Part shown: positions 1 to 11,000 of the stretch, piece after piece | Position numbering within the stretch: position 1 is the first letter of the stretch | How the letters are laid out: every line of letters starts with the position of its first letter | DNA from: a virus | Lineage: Duplodnaviria > Caudoviricetes | Virus record (IMG/VR): IMGVR_UViG_3300017747_003010 | Location: 1-44,859 of that record | Strand: one strand, 5' to 3' | DNA length: 44,859 bases | The notes under the pieces: model-generated | Told to the model about the DNA's origin: nothing | What the model saw: only the letters and a program-made list of their open reading frames with translations | Databases searched by the model: none | Translations under genes and position numbers: made by a program

Positions 1-2
1 TA

Positions 3-464
3 AATAATTTTTCATTTTCTAAATCAACCCCACCCACTAATGTTGGGCAATACGAAGGAAACCAAATCATTTTAAATTCAGGTAGATTAGTATTCAATGC
101 TAAATCAGATTCAATACTAGTTTTAGCTAATAAGTCAATACAATTATCATGTAATGAAACTGTAGGTATAGATGCTAAACAAATATCATTAACAGCTGAT
201 AAAGTATATTTGGGGTCATCTGAAGGTACAGAAGGTGCTAAAATACAATCTATAGTATTAGGCGAGAATTTAAATTTTGTACTATCAGACATAGCTACAT
301 TTTTACAAACACTTAATATAGCATTTAAATCAGCTACTGATAGTAACGGTGCTCCAATAGTATCATTACAATCTATAGCAAGTGATGCTGAAACTTTAGG
401 GAATGATCTTTTAAATATAGTTAATAGTAAAAATTTACTTTCAAAAACAGTTAAAACAATATAA
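3..464 (+). CDS. Baseplate hub/spike (gp5/GpV-like) C-terminal part, 5'-truncated by window
   Basis: Frame of the 210..464 ORF is open from the window start (NNFSFSK...QIILNSGRLVFNAKSDSIL...ADKVYLGS), a beta-strand-rich spike-type C-terminus upstream of gp25/gp6-like genes. Confidence 0.55.
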   Translation, partial: NNFSFSKSTPPTNVGQYEGNQIILNSGRLVFNAKSDSILVLANKSIQLSCNETVGIDAKQISLTADKVYLGSSEGTEGAKIQSIVLGENLNFVLSDIATFLQTLNIAFKSATDSNGAPIVSLQSIASDAETLGNDLLNIVNSKNLLSKTVKTI

Positions 465-466
465 TT

Positions 467-2029
467 ATGAATCAATTCAAAGGTCATGTTTTAGATGATA
501 ATGGAATAGGAGTAGGTGGAGTAGTTGTAACTATCACAGGTAATAATGTACCTCCAAATTCATCAACAACAACAGATGACAATGGGAATTGGTTAATTAC
601 TTTATATAATGAAGTATCTTCTAAAGATATTACTATTTTATTTTCAAAACCAGGCTTTGAAACTAGAACTATAACTAACCCACAACAAACAGCAGAATTA
701 TCAGGTTATGTAGACCCAGATATAGGAGGTACATTAGATTTAGCAGGTTTATATGATTCTGGAAAATGGAAAATAAGCTCATTACAACAAAGTACTAAAG
801 ATATCTTAGATCAAGAAATAAAAGATATATATGAGTTTACATCTAATAACCCTGGGAATTATATTTTAATAGTAGATTCTTCTGAGTCCCAAGTACCTAA
901 TAATGATAATGAAGAAGGTTCAAATAGAAATTTCAGAATACCAGGCTCATTAGCTAAAGCTAGAGCTGAATCTTTAAAAGAATATGTAGATCAAGAACTT
1001 TCTAAATTACACTCTCAAAATAACAATCCTGATCCTATACCTACTGTATTATTAGGTGTTATTGATAGAGTAGGAGATGTAGAATGGGACGGAGTAAATA
1101 GTAAAGACAATAAATATACTAAAGATCAATATACTAGAATTAAAGCTCAATTTATTAATGAACCAGATATTGATATTACTTTAAATAAATATTGTTATAA
1201 TGAATTTAAAATTCAAATAAATTATGTAGGTAGTGAACATACATGTAATGCCGCTGTATTTAAAGTATATGTGAATGACATATTATTATATAGAGATAAT
1301 GGTAGGGAATATGCTAGTTTAAATAATAATACAAATACATCATGGTTGAGTTCTCCTAAAGATTCTAATCAATATAAATTAGCAAACTTAGATAATGCTC
1401 CTGGTGATAAAGGGGGATATAGGTATAATACATTTATTATTAATAAAGAATTAGCTAAAACTTTATTAGAAAAAAATCCTAATGGGTATGTGATATCATT
1501 AATGTGTTATAACCCAACTAATATTACTGATGAAGATGATGCTTCTGAAGGTACTAATGGTTATGGAGGAGATTGCCATAAAGGAGTTGGAGAAATAAAA
1601 ATATTAACCCCAAATGGAGATTCATTTACATTAGATGTAAAAACCCCAGGAAAACGAGATCAAAAAACTCCTATAGCCGTGCTAGATCCATGTAGTCTTA
1701 TTTTTACATTAGATGATTTAGATGTGCAAGGAGAAATTAAATCTCAAGAAAAAACATATTATAATAGTATTAACTCTGCTAAATTTACTAGTCAATCAAG
1801 ATATAATAGTTGGTTTAAAGCAATAGAAGTAGCTAGAAAACAATATTTTTATCTTAATTCTACAAATTTAACTAATTATAATAGTAGAATAAATGCTATC
1901 ACAGATGATTTAAGAAAGTTAAAAAAACAAAAATTAATCACTGAAAGTGAATATAATAAATTAATTGATTTAACAAAAGGAGTAGGTTCATATTATAATG
2001 AGAACACTAGAACAAATTTATCATTATAA
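467..2029 (+). CDS. Hypothetical protein with N-terminal carboxypeptidase-regulatory-like beta-sandwich and degenerate OmpA-like domain
   Basis: GHVLDDNG-GVGGVVVTI...TTTDDNGNW; later SSESQVPN...SLAKARAESLKEYV resembles the OmpA C-terminal LS..RA..V motif. Confidence 0.5.
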   Translation: MNQFKGHVLDDNGIGVGGVVVTITGNNVPPNSSTTTDDNGNWLITLYNEVSSKDITILFSKPGFETRTITNPQQTAELSGYVDPDIGGTLDLAGLYDSGKWKISSLQQSTKDILDQEIKDIYEFTSNNPGNYILIVDSSESQVPNNDNEEGSNRNFRIPGSLAKARAESLKEYVDQELSKLHSQNNNPDPIPTVLLGVIDRVGDVEWDGVNSKDNKYTKDQYTRIKAQFINEPDIDITLNKYCYNEFKIQINYVGSEHTCNAAVFKVYVNDILLYRDNGREYASLNNNTNTSWLSSPKDSNQYKLANLDNAPGDKGGYRYNTFIINKELAKTLLEKNPNGYVISLMCYNPTNITDEDDASEGTNGYGGDCHKGVGEIKILTPNGDSFTLDVKTPGKRDQKTPIAVLDPCSLIFTLDDLDVQGEIKSQEKTYYNSINSAKFTSQSRYNSWFKAIEVARKQYFYLNSTNLTNYNSRINAITDDLRKLKKQKLITESEYNKLIDLTKGVGSYYNENTRTNLSL

Positions 2030-2410
2030 TTTTATATTACAATATTTAATTGTATCAACAATTATAAACCCATCATCTAATCTATCATGATATTTTTGAA
2101 TATCAAAATCTACTGGAGTAATCTCAATCTGTTTAGTTTTCCATTTTTTCTTACATTGAGTAATAAAAACATTATAATGATTTATTGTTTTAAATTTAAT
2201 ATTATAAACCTCAAACCAATAATTTAATGGTACATCCTCAAACTCAGACGAATCAATACCTATAACATATATTTTAGTATTAGTTTGAAAATATTCTAAT
2301 TGTTTAATATCTTTCTCTCCTTTACAACATCCATCACCAACAATATCTTTTTGGTATTTGCATGATGTGAATAATAAAGTCACCAAATTGATCAATATTA
2401 ATTTTTTCAT
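2024..2410 (-). CDS. Putative lipoprotein (128 aa), only antisense gene in the window
   Basis: Start moved to ATG 2410: MKKLILINLVTLLFTSC signal peptide with lipobox FTS|C; own promoter and AAATAAAGGTTATG initiation context identical to that of 37887. Confidence 0.7.
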   Translation of the reverse strand: MKKLILINLVTLLFTSCKYQKDIVGDGCCKGEKDIKQLEYFQTNTKIYVIGIDSSEFEDVPLNYWFEVYNIKFKTINHYNVFITQCKKKWKTKQIEITPVDFDIQKYHDRLDDGFIIVDTIKYCNIKL

Positions 2411-2427
2411 AACCTTTATTTTATATT

Positions 2428-2459
2428 TAAATATAATAAATATAGCTTGGAAAGCCAAA
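2428..2459 (-). promoter_or_regulatory. Host-sigma-type promoter TTTGGC...TATATTTA
   Basis: Minus strand reads TTTG-N20-TATATTTA (also TTGGCT-N17-TATATT), same as copies at 36603, 37835, 40925. Confidence 0.7.
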
Positions 2460-2502
2460 CAAAATCCCATACCTTCCGCATATTTATTATAAATAACCAA
2501 AC

Positions 2503-3879
2503 ATGAGTACACCTATATATAAAGTTAGTGATGGAAGTACAATTACTTTTAGTACTCAAGGTCCATTAATGTATGCTATTTTAGCTAGACCTAATGGGCA
2601 AGTAATTAAAGGATTCCCAACTTTAGGTAAAACATCAGATGAGTTAGCTTATAATATTTTATTAAATAATAACATAGTTGATCCTAATAGTGGTGAACCA
2701 TTATCTTACACCACTGAAGGCTCACAAGATCAGTCAGGGGTAAAAACAAATAATTATGTTTATGAGATGAAAAGAGTAACATTAAATGTTCCCCCAAATG
2801 AGACTATTTTAAATAATGCCAAGATCAATCAAAAAATACTAGAACAAGATAACCAAACTAAAAAAGAAATACTAGAATCAGAATTACCACCTGAGGTTAG
2901 GTTAATTAATTTTGTTAATTCTCAAAAAACAACTATTAAAAAAAGATTAATACCTTTTGTTATAAACTTAATTACTCCATATGCTCCTACAATAATTCCT
3001 ATAGTAGTTTCCCAATTAGGCATAAGTGGAGACTCATCAGTTGATTCTATAAAAGCAAACGCCCAAGCCAAAAAAGATGAAGCTCAAGCTAAAATAGATG
3101 CAGCTCGAGACCAAGTCAACACAGCTAAAGAAACAGCTAAAGATAAAGATAAATTAAAAGAGACAACTAAAAAAATATTAGCTACATCTGTAGGTGCTCT
3201 TTTATTAAGTCAAATTCCTATAGAACAATTAAAAAACCAAATAAATTGTCCATCCGCTGCTCTCATATCATCAATTATTAAAAAACGTGACTCATTAGCT
3301 ACTCAAATAAATGGTATATATAATTATGTTAAAAAAATTACATCTTTACAAGAAAGATCAGGCCAACTTATAACAGCAGTGACAATAGGGGTAAATCTTA
3401 TAGCAACTGCTCCCCCACAAACTGTACCTGGTGCGTTTATAATTAATCATGAAAAATTAGCTACCGCTTTAAAAGTAGCTAAAACTACAGTTAATACTAT
3501 CACTCTAGCATTGGCTTCATTTGGTGTATTATTGGGGACTATTATAAAATTGCTAGAAACATTGGATGTTATATTACAGATATGCTCCAGTGATCAAAAC
3601 TTGGACCCAATACAAATAAATGATGAAATCAATGCTTTAGCTAACCTTACAGTAGTTGCTACTCAAAATGATAATACTAACACTTATAAAGGATTTACTT
3701 TAGGAGTTAAAATTGATGAAACAAATGAAAGTCAATATATAAGAAGATACGCTGTAGCTCAAAATAAACAAGGTGTGCCTATTTTAAGAACTGAATCATC
3801 ATTTGCTTCAGATCCAAGAGTATTAATAAACCAATTAAAATTCATAATAGATTCAAACCCTAGCATAACAGCTGAATAA
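2503..3879 (+). CDS. Hypothetical virion/baseplate-region protein with coiled coil and hydrophobic helices
   Basis: 458-aa ORF; AQAKKDEAQAKIDAARDQ coiled coil; long hydrophobic helices near C-terminus; baseplate context. Confidence 0.55.
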   Translation: MSTPIYKVSDGSTITFSTQGPLMYAILARPNGQVIKGFPTLGKTSDELAYNILLNNNIVDPNSGEPLSYTTEGSQDQSGVKTNNYVYEMKRVTLNVPPNETILNNAKINQKILEQDNQTKKEILESELPPEVRLINFVNSQKTTIKKRLIPFVINLITPYAPTIIPIVVSQLGISGDSSVDSIKANAQAKKDEAQAKIDAARDQVNTAKETAKDKDKLKETTKKILATSVGALLLSQIPIEQLKNQINCPSAALISSIIKKRDSLATQINGIYNYVKKITSLQERSGQLITAVTIGVNLIATAPPQTVPGAFIINHEKLATALKVAKTTVNTITLALASFGVLLGTIIKLLETLDVILQICSSDQNLDPIQINDEINALANLTVVATQNDNTNTYKGFTLGVKIDETNESQYIRRYAVAQNKQGVPILRTESSFASDPRVLINQLKFIIDSNPSITAE

Positions 3880-3883
3880 TTCA

Positions 3884-3892
3884 ATATTTATA
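3884..3892 (+). promoter_or_regulatory. Late-promoter-like motif ATATTTATA
   Basis: In 19-nt gap, 6 nt before ATG 3899; recurs upstream of many structural genes. Confidence 0.5.
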
Positions 3893-3898
3893 ATAGAT

Positions 3899-4246
3899 AT
3901 GAAAACAGATGCTTTAAAAAAATTAATTAAAGAGGCAGTACGTGAAGCAATTCAAGATGAATTAAAAGATATTCTCCTTGAAGCAGTACGGGCTCCCAAA
4001 ACTGTAGTACAGGAATCATACACACCTGCTCCTACATACCAACAACCAGTCACATCAACTGTAAATCATGATCTTAGACGTAGTTTAAGAGGAATGATTG
4101 GTGGTGAATTTGACACTACTATTACTGCTAATTCATCACACGCTCAACCATCATACACTCCTCCTCCTGTAAATACAACAGGTGAAGGTTCAAGTCTACC
4201 TGGTGGTGAAGTAAGCTTAGACCAAATAATGGGATTAATGGGGTAA
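3899..4246 (+). CDS. Hypothetical protein with KKLIKE leader
   Basis: 115-aa ORF, MKTDALKKLIKEAVRE; TAATG overlap with next gene. Confidence 0.7.
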   Translation: MKTDALKKLIKEAVREAIQDELKDILLEAVRAPKTVVQESYTPAPTYQQPVTSTVNHDLRRSLRGMIGGEFDTTITANSSHAQPSYTPPPVNTTGEGSSLPGGEVSLDQIMGLMG

Positions 4247-4647
4247 TGGCATATAGAGTACCAAATATAAATCCATTAGATGTAGGACAGCAAGTTGCTA
4301 TAGGGGTACCTATTCCTTTTAATAATCCCCAAGTATTTTCTCAAACATACACTACCTCTGATCAAATAAAATCTAATTTAATTAATTTTATATTAACAGC
4401 TAGAGGTGAAAGACCTTTAAACCCAACATTTGGGACAACTATTAGACAATATCTATTTGAAAATATAAATAGTACTACTATACAAAATTTAGAAAACACT
4501 TTAAGAGAAGAATTAACCACCAATTTTCCTACAGTTACTATTGTTAATATTACATTTACACCACAATATGATACTAATGCTATTGATATAACTATTAACT
4601 ATTATTTACTTGGGGGTAACCCAAATACTCTTAACATAACAATATAA
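4246..4647 (+). CDS. Baseplate wedge subunit, T4 gp25/GpW-like
   Basis: QIKSNLINFILTARGERPLNPTFGTTIRQYLFE matches the gp25 signature (T..GER...P.FG). Confidence 0.9.
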   Translation: MAYRVPNINPLDVGQQVAIGVPIPFNNPQVFSQTYTTSDQIKSNLINFILTARGERPLNPTFGTTIRQYLFENINSTTIQNLENTLREELTTNFPTVTIVNITFTPQYDTNAIDITINYYLLGGNPNTLNITI

Positions 4648-4648
4648 C

Positions 4649-6490
4649 ATGGCCACTGAGAATAGAAATATAACATATTTAAATAAAGATTTTAGTCAAT
4701 TTAGATCATCTTTAATTGATTATGCTAAAACTTACTTCCCAACAGTATATAATGATTTCTCCCCATCATCCCCAGGAATGATGTTTTTAGAAATGGCTGC
4801 ATATGTAGGAGATGTTATGTCTTTTTATCTTGATAACCAAATTCAAGAAAATTTCATTCAATATGTTAGACAACAAAATAATATATATGCTTTAGCTTAT
4901 ATGTTAGGTTACAAACCTAAAGTAACTTCTGTCTCTATAACTGATATAGATGTTTATCAAAAACTACCAACAATAGGAGACCAACCTGACTATAATTATA
5001 CTTTATATATACCTGAAAATTTTTCTGTTAACTCACCACTTCAATCCGGAGCTAAGTTTCTAATTCAAGATCCTATTGATTTTTCATTCTCTAGTTCATA
5101 TGACCCTACAGAAATAACATTATATGATACTAATTATTATTTATTAAAGAAGACTAGAAAAGCTATCTCAGCAGAAATTAAATCAACTTCATTCACTTTT
5201 GGAGTACCTCAAAGTTTTCAAACAGTTGATATTAATGACTCTAATATTATAGGGATATTAGATATAACAGATAGTGATGGGAATAAATGGTATGAAGTAC
5301 CATATTTAGCTCAAGAGATGATTTATGATACTATTAAAAATACTAACATAAATAACCCTAATTTCTCTTCAGATTCTGGAGACACTCCTTATTTATTACA
5401 ACTTAAAAAAGTTCAAAGAAGATTTGTTACTAGAATTATTGACCCTACAACATTAAGAATCCAATTCGGTTCAGGAACAAATACAGCTAATAATGATGAA
5501 GAAGTTACCCCTAACCCAGATAATGTAGGAATAGGTTTACCTTATAAACAATCAAAATTAACAACTGCTTTTTCACCAACAAATTTCCTATTTACAGATA
5601 CTTATGGTATTGCTCCTTACCAAACAACTTTAACTGTAAGGTATTTAATAGGAGGTGGAATTCAATCAAATACTGGGGCTAATACTTTAACTACTATAAC
5701 TGATAGATCTACTATTAAATTTCAAAATGTTGGATTAGATACTACATTAGCTAATGCTGTATTTAATAGTGTAGCTGTTACAAACCCATTAGCTTCAAAT
5801 GGTGGTGGGGCAGGTGACACAGCTGATGATATTCGTTTAAAAGCAATGAATACATTCACTACTCAACAACGAACAGTAACTTTAGATGACTATATGGTTA
5901 GAGCTATGTCATTACCTTCTAATTATGGAAACATAGCTAAAGTATATGTTGAATCAGAAAAATTATCAAATTTACTCCCAGGTGAAACTCCATCAGTATT
6001 AAATTTATATGCTTTAACATTTAATTTTAATAAACATTTACAACCCGCTTCTAACGCTGTAAAACAAAATTTATCTACATATTTGTCTCAATATAGAATG
6101 ATGAATGATTCTATTAAAATAAAAGATGCTTTTATTATTAACATTGGTGTTGATTTTGAAATTAATGTTTTACCTAATTATAATAGTAATTTAGTTATAG
6201 CTAACTGTATATCTAAATTAAAAGAATACTTTAATATTGATAATTGGCAAATAAATGAGCCTATTTTATTAAGAGACTTATATATCATGTTAGATAATGT
6301 GGATGGAGTACAAACTGTTAAAACAATCAATATAATAAATAAATATGGCTCATTGTTAGGATATTCTAATTACTCATACGACATACCAGGAGCAACTGTT
6401 AATAATGTAATTTACCCATCATTAGACCCAATGATATTTGAATTAAAATACCCTGATAGTGATATTAAAGGTAGAGTTGTAACATTTTAA
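4649..6490 (+). CDS. Baseplate wedge protein, T4 gp6/baseplate J-like
   Basis: YLNKDF..R..L, NDFSPSSPGMMFLEMAAYVGD, LGYKP, FGSG, GGGAGDT..IR..A, QQRTVTLDDY motifs. Confidence 0.9.
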   Translation: MATENRNITYLNKDFSQFRSSLIDYAKTYFPTVYNDFSPSSPGMMFLEMAAYVGDVMSFYLDNQIQENFIQYVRQQNNIYALAYMLGYKPKVTSVSITDIDVYQKLPTIGDQPDYNYTLYIPENFSVNSPLQSGAKFLIQDPIDFSFSSSYDPTEITLYDTNYYLLKKTRKAISAEIKSTSFTFGVPQSFQTVDINDSNIIGILDITDSDGNKWYEVPYLAQEMIYDTIKNTNINNPNFSSDSGDTPYLLQLKKVQRRFVTRIIDPTTLRIQFGSGTNTANNDEEVTPNPDNVGIGLPYKQSKLTTAFSPTNFLFTDTYGIAPYQTTLTVRYLIGGGIQSNTGANTLTTITDRSTIKFQNVGLDTTLANAVFNSVAVTNPLASNGGGAGDTADDIRLKAMNTFTTQQRTVTLDDYMVRAMSLPSNYGNIAKVYVESEKLSNLLPGETPSVLNLYALTFNFNKHLQPASNAVKQNLSTYLSQYRMMNDSIKIKDAFIINIGVDFEINVLPNYNSNLVIANCISKLKEYFNIDNWQINEPILLRDLYIMLDNVDGVQTVKTINIINKYGSLLGYSNYSYDIPGATVNNVIYPSLDPMIFELKYPDSDIKGRVVTF

Positions 6491-6509
6491 AAATTTATAT
6501 TTATAACAA

Positions 6510-7637
6510 ATGGCAGTATATAAAATATTTCCTTCTAAAGATGCTACAATGTATTCTATTACATCTAGTAAAAATACTGGATTAGATGAAATACTAGAAT
6601 TAACTATTGATAATACATCTGGTGGTGGGCCATACCAAAGTAGATTTCTTATACAATTTGATCCTACTGAAATAAATGATGTTATTAATAATATTATAGA
6701 TGGTAATAATTATCAAGCTAATCTTAGAGTATATAACGCTGAGGCAAATAATTTAACTAGTGATATTACATTAGATATATATACTGTATATAATAATTAT
6801 AATGGTTTTGTTAATGGTTTTTGGTACATGGGTACCGGAAAATACCTATCAGACCCTGTAGTCACTAATGGGGTTAGTTGGACATATATGAGAGCAGAAA
6901 CTTCTCCATGGCCTACCACAACAACAGGTAGCTATGAAGTTTCTTATAGTAATGTAGTAGGTGGTGGAGCATGGTTTACATCTTCTCTTTATAAATTTTC
7001 TCAAGATATATCATATTATAAAACTAAAGATATTAATGTTAATGTTACAGACACTGTAGAAGCGTGGTATAATGGTGATATACCATCTGGTAATAATGGT
7101 TTCATTATTAAAATCCATAATGATATATATTATACTAGTATAAATGATTCTCCTTCTTTAAAGTATTTTTCAAGAGACACACATACTATTTATCCTCCTT
7201 GTTTAGAATTTAAATGGAATAACTCATCCTTTAACCCATCAGCTGGAATAAGTGAATTAAGTACACTTCCTGCTTTTATAGATATAGCTGAAAACCCAGG
7301 AGTATTTTATCCTGAAAGTATAAATAGATTTAGAGTAAATGCTAGACCTGAATACCCAACTAGAGTATTCCAAACTGCTTCTTATTATACTCAAAATTAT
7401 TATTTAGATTATAGTAGTACATGTTATGCTATTAAAGATTTAGATACTAATGAATATGTTATTGATTTTGATACTCAATTTACAAGATTAAGTATAGATG
7501 GAACTGGAAGTTATTTTGATCTTTATATGAATGGTTTGGAACCTGAAAGATATTATAGTATATTGATCAAAACTACTATTAATGGTAGTACTATTGTATT
7601 TGATAATAATTATAATTTTAAAGTAATAAATGGTTAA
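6510..7637 (+). CDS. Virion structural protein with DNRLRE/CBM96-like domain
   Basis: KDATMYS, NTGLDEILE, SRFLIQFD, NNGFIIK, YFSRDT..YPPCLEFKW pattern; baseplate context. Confidence 0.55.
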   Translation: MAVYKIFPSKDATMYSITSSKNTGLDEILELTIDNTSGGGPYQSRFLIQFDPTEINDVINNIIDGNNYQANLRVYNAEANNLTSDITLDIYTVYNNYNGFVNGFWYMGTGKYLSDPVVTNGVSWTYMRAETSPWPTTTTGSYEVSYSNVVGGGAWFTSSLYKFSQDISYYKTKDINVNVTDTVEAWYNGDIPSGNNGFIIKIHNDIYYTSINDSPSLKYFSRDTHTIYPPCLEFKWNNSSFNPSAGISELSTLPAFIDIAENPGVFYPESINRFRVNARPEYPTRVFQTASYYTQNYYLDYSSTCYAIKDLDTNEYVIDFDTQFTRLSIDGTGSYFDLYMNGLEPERYYSILIKTTINGSTIVFDNNYNFKVING

Positions 7638-7649
7638 AAACATTAATAT

Positions 7650-7994
7650 ATGCCTTTATATCCTTTAACAAAAACTACTTATGATAGAACTCAATACAAT
7701 AAAGTTATTGATACATCATTAACTCAATTTACTATTCCTCCCCCAACAGAAGATACTATCACAGTTGAAGAATTTTTTACATACTATAATAAAATATTTT
7801 ATGATATTCCCCCAACAGGAGATATTAATTCACATGAGTATTTAGTAAAAACAAGTGGTGTGTATATTAGTTCTACAACTCCAAATGAAGAAACACAATT
7901 ATTATTAGATGAGATAACATCATTAAGACAACAACTGTTGGATTCCCAACAGCAATTAATAAATTTTCAAACATCATCTAGTTTAAATATATAA
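7650..7994 (+). CDS. Hypothetical tail/baseplate protein with C-terminal coiled coil
   Basis: 114-aa ORF, QLLLDEITSLRQQLL. Confidence 0.6.
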   Translation: MPLYPLTKTTYDRTQYNKVIDTSLTQFTIPPPTEDTITVEEFFTYYNKIFYDIPPTGDINSHEYLVKTSGVYISSTTPNEETQLLLDEITSLRQQLLDSQQQLINFQTSSSLNI

Positions 7995-8000
7995 TTATAA

Positions 8001-11000
8001 ATGGCTGTAAAAACAACTCAAATAAATGAAATAAATGAGTACTCTTCAAATGATGGAAGTTTATTATTACCTATTAATACTATCCCAACATTTGACCCTA
8101 CCACTGACCATATTGAATTCACAATAGAAACAGTTGATAGTTCTTTTAGAACTACAACTTATTCTTATGAAAACTACTCATACCAGCCTTCCACCACAGG
8201 TCGTACTCCTGGAGTTGATATTAATCCATCTAATGACTTAGCTAAATTAGGTTATACATCAGGTCAATTTAATACTTATTATAATTTTTTACGTAATGAA
8301 TTAAATTCATCATATGATAATCCTTCTTATTTTATTAAAGAAATATCATTTGATAGAACAGAATTAAAATTAAGTTATGTTGATAATACTGTATCTTCAC
8401 TTTCTTTTGAGTCATTTAAAATTATAAATGGTAATAATTATTATTTAAATTTTGGAGACAATAATCTTATTTTAGCTGTTAATTTTAATTTTAATATTAA
8501 TAGTAATGAATTATATATTAAACTATATGAACCTTTACCTTTAAATTTTAATTTAAAAGATAAACTATGGATTGTTGTAAAAACAGCTGATACTTTAGGA
8601 TTTCAAGTTGAGATAACCCCAGATGTGGTTGCACCTTCAATCACATCTTTTCCATTAAAAGGTCCTAATCTTAATATAAACATTAATGACCAAATTAATA
8701 ACTCAACTGACTACCAGACATATAATACTTTAATTACAAGTTCTTTATTATCGACATCATATAGTCAGTTAGAGAATTTAATGTCTTCTTCTGGTGTTGA
8801 AGTAAATATAGATTATACTGATTTTGCTAACTTTATTAATTTCTCATCAGCTGTACAAAGAATTAAAAATTTTTCATATAAAGTTACTCAAATTTCTTCT
8901 TCACAAGCTGAAATTAATATATTAAGTAGTTCATTCTCAGGTTATACTACTTCTAGTAACATAAATATTCTAACAAATCAAATCAATAATATCATTAGTA
9001 ATTTTGATGGATATGAATATTTCTTATATTATGACTCTAGCTCATACGCTTGGCCTAAATCAAACTCCTCAGTCCCATATACTCTATACCCACCAACATC
9101 AACAGAAGTTATAGACTGGTTAGGAAATGAAGATCCATATAATCCCAGTTATGGAGGAATACTATCAAGTGCATCAGTATATGACGCTAATAACCCAGAT
9201 TATTTAATTAAATCTATTCCTGAGTACCTTAGGGATGATCCACAAAATGAACCTTATAATTTATTTGTACAATTAATAGGTCAACATTTTGATAATATTT
9301 GGATTTATTACAAAGACGTTACTGAATTACATAATACTGACAATAGACTAGATTATGGTATTTCTAAAGATCTAGTATCTCAAGCTTTACAATCATTTGG
9401 AGTTAAAATATATCAAAATAATTTCTCATCAAATGATTTATACTCATCATTCTTAGGATATGGTAATCCAAATCCTGAGATGACAAGCACATTACCTGTA
9501 AGTACAGGATCATTTCAAGACTATATTTCAAATTACATAACAGCTTCTTATGATGCTTCTGTCACACCATTAGATGATTATAATAAAGAAATATATAAAA
9601 GAATATATCATAACTTACCTTATTTAGCTAAAACTAAAGGTACTATACCTGGTTTACGTGCTTTAATAAATTGTTTTGGTGTACCTGATACTGTTTTAAG
9701 GATTAGTGAATTTGGAGGTAGAGACAAAGATACTTCAACTTATGATTATTTTGATCAACAATTTAACTATGCGGCCGTAGCCAGTTCGTCAGCTATCATA
9801 ACAACCCCATGGTTTTTAAGTACAGCTTGGAGTTCTAGTATTAACCAATTTAAAGCATCATCAGTACAGTTTAGATTTAAAACAAGTAATTTTGATACAG
9901 GATCAAATTACCAATTATGGGCGTTAAGCACAGATGGGTCAAATAATTACCCTTCATCATCATTAGTGATACAATATACTGGATCAGGTTTAATCTCAGG
10001 TTCATATAATGGATCAATTCCAAATCCTTATTATCAATACGCTCATTTAACATTCTATCCAAAAATAGATGACTTAACAAACACAGCTAGTGTTTATCTT
10101 CCATTATTTGACCATGATTGGTGGTCTGTTATGGTTAATAAATTAGGTGACACTTATACTTTATATGCCGGTAATAAATTATATTATGATGGATACGATG
10201 GTAATCAAGTAGGGTATTTAGCTTCATCATCTGTAACATTAGCTAATGCGACTTGGACTGGTAGTCAATCCTCTATATTCTTATCTTCATCAGTAAGTAT
10301 AGGAGGCACAACATATAATAGATTTACAGGATCATACCAAGAAATAAGATATTGGATTAAAACTGGAAGTGTAGATTCATTTAAAGATTATGTAATGAAT
10401 CCTCAATCTATAGATTATTCTGGAGAGATATTATATGATGATTATCTAGCTTTTAGATTACCTTTAGGTGGAGATTTATATATTAACTCTGGCTCAGTTC
10501 ATCCTCGAGCGACAGGTTCATGGGCAGTCACAGGTTCATTTATAGCCTCTAATGATGCTGTATTAACAAATGTTACTTTTACTCCTAATATAGAAACAAG
10601 ATTTTTAAACTCACCTGTAATAGGTTTAAGAGGAAGAGTAACAGATAAAATACAAATCGTATCTTCTAGTTTACCTACCGGAAGTGTTATATCACAATAT
10701 AGATCTATAGAACAATCATACCCTTTATTAGGAAGTGAATCACCAGATGTTAATTTATTAGAAGTAGCATTTTCACCTCAAAATGAAATTAATGATGATA
10801 TTATTGATTCATTAGGGTATTTTAATATAGGAGAATATATTGGTGACCCAAGACAAGTATCTTCATCTGCTACTACTTATCCTGATTTAGTAAATTTAAG
10901 TAATAATTTCTTCCAAAAGTATTTTGATACTTATGATTTAAAAGATTATGTAAGGCTAATTAAATACTTTGATAATTCATTATTTAAAATGATTAAAGAT

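Noticed and set aside
2411-2512. 5' extension of the minus-strand ORF to 2512
   Set aside because: Would run through its own promoter and overlap 2503; signal peptide starts at 2410
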